Position numbers and translations under genes: made by a program. From positions 1,056,001 to 1,120,000 of the forward strand of contig OZ247587.1 in NCBI GenBank assembly GCA_965233865.1: a stretch of 64,000 nt of DNA, written 5' to 3'. The first letter of the stretch is position 1. The number at the start of each line of letters is the position of its first letter. Shown one piece after another: positions 62,834 to 64,000 of this stretch. Origin of the DNA: Candidatus Neptunichlamydia sp. (GTDB taxonomy: Bacteria > Chlamydiota > Chlamydiia > Chlamydiales > Simkaniaceae). Below the pieces are notes generated by a model. It had not been told where the DNA came from. It ran no database searches and saw nothing but the letters and a program-made list of their open reading frames with translations.

Positions 62834-64000
62834 ATGAATGAGCTCAATCCACAACAGAAAATTGCTGCCGAGCACATGGAGGGTCCCATGCTAGTATTGG
62901 CTGGTGCTGGATCCGGAAAAACCCGCGTTGTGACGTGCCGTATTGCTCACCTTTTAGAAGTTGGCGTCCCCTCCTCTGAGATCATGGCTCTGACCTTTAC
63001 CAATAAAGCTGCCGATGAAATGCGGGTCCGAATTAAAAGAATGGCTGACCAGTATGTATTGACATCGACCTTTCACTCTCTAGGAGCACGGATTCTTCGG
63101 GAATCGATTAGTGCAATTGGATACCGAAATGACTTCGCGATTTATGATGAAAATGACAGCCTTCAACTGCTGAAAAACTGCCTTGCGACAATGGGCTATA
63201 AAGACGAAAAAGGACTCTTAAAATCGCTCCGCAGCGCAATTTCCAATGCTAAAAATGATCTTCTTTCCCCAAATGATCTCTCTAAAGACTTTCGCACGCG
63301 GACCGACCAACTCTTAAAAGATGTCTTTGTTGCCTATCAGGGAAAGCTTAAAGAATATAATGCTCTTGATTTTGATGATCTACTTTATCTGACTGTGAAA
63401 CTTTTTCGAGAATCAAAAGAAACCATCGAGCACTATCAAAAAAGATGGTCTTTCATTTTAATTGATGAGTACCAAGATACGAATGCTGCCCAATATTTCA
63501 TGACAAAGCTTCTTGTTGAAAAACACAACAATATTTTTGTTGTGGGAGATCCTGACCAATCGATTTATTCATGGCGTGGAGCCAACATCCAAAACATTCT
63601 CGAATTTGAAAAAGATTACGAAAATGCTCAAGTGATCACCCTTGAACAGAACTACCGAAGCACATCTAACATATTGGAAGCTGCAAACGGATTGATTCAA
63701 CACAATGAAGAGCGCTATGAAAAAAAACTGTGGAGTGATCTTGGAACTGGAGAAAAGATTGGTATCTACATCGCCAAAAACGAAAGGCAAGAAGCTCTTT
63801 TTGTTGTTGAAGAACTAGTGCGCAAAACAAAGGAAGAACATCTTCCTTTCAGAGAGTGCGTTATTTTTTACCGGACTAACTCTCAATCTCGCACCTTTGA
63901 AGACGCCCTATTAAAATACCAGATTCCCTACGTAATCTATGGAGGGCTTTCTTTTTACCAACGACGAGAAATCAAGGATATTTTGTCTCTTCTTCGGATG
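62834..64000 (+). CDS. uvrD: UvrD/PcrA DNA helicase, 5' part (runs off the window)
   Basis: MNELNPQQ..., LAGAGSGKT, TFTNKAA, IDEYQDTN, VGDPDQSIYSWRGA, LEQNYRS. Confidence 0.96.
   Translation, partial: MNELNPQQKIAAEHMEGPMLVLAGAGSGKTRVVTCRIAHLLEVGVPSSEIMALTFTNKAADEMRVRIKRMADQYVLTSTFHSLGARILRESISAIGYRNDFAIYDENDSLQLLKNCLATMGYKDEKGLLKSLRSAISNAKNDLLSPNDLSKDFRTRTDQLLKDVFVAYQGKLKEYNALDFDDLLYLTVKLFRESKETIEHYQKRWSFILIDEYQDTNAAQYFMTKLLVEKHNNIFVVGDPDQSIYSWRGANIQNILEFEKDYENAQVITLEQNYRSTSNILEAANGLIQHNEERYEKKLWSDLGTGEKIGIYIAKNERQEALFVVEELVRKTKEEHLPFRECVIFYRTNSQSRTFEDALLKYQIPYVIYGGLSFYQRREIKDILSLLRM

Overview
Chromosomal window of an environmental chlamydia, probably Simkaniaceae-like. That call rests on the rpsL-rpsG-fusA-rpsJ operon without tuf, the chlamydial sctJKLRST type III secretion block, RsbU near eno, and tandem MOMP-like porins. 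The backbone is housekeeping: ribosomal proteins and EF-G, a DUF47/Pit phosphate transporter pair, glgP, a P1B-ATPase, glycosyltransferases, ackA-pta, sufBCDS, kdsB with rfbBDC, a CCA-adding enzyme, rsgA, eno, ahpC, tRNA-Arg(ACG), groESL with a CIRCE, a NamZ-like protein, putA and the start of uvrD/pcrA. The unexplained signal lies in the intergenic gaps, which are full of decayed mobile DNA. (1) Two directly repeated, internally deleted mini-IS6 elements flank a secreted-protein cargo gene (32.0-33.4 kb). (2) A degraded polymorphic-toxin tip is followed by two immunity-like remnants (4.2-4.7 kb). (3) IS630 right-end remnants and an IS630-derived MITE are scattered through the window. (4) There is a dead full-length IS5/IS427 element, a 48-bp footprint made of two similar TIRs, and another MITE with 20-bp TIRs. 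Other oddities are an APS kinase with a signal peptide and one in-frame stop, a small conserved protein resembling the phage tail-sheath core, and a perfect 11-bp dyad before eno. No CRISPR array, rRNA or intact defence system was seen. Family assignments come from motif recognition by eye, not from database searches.
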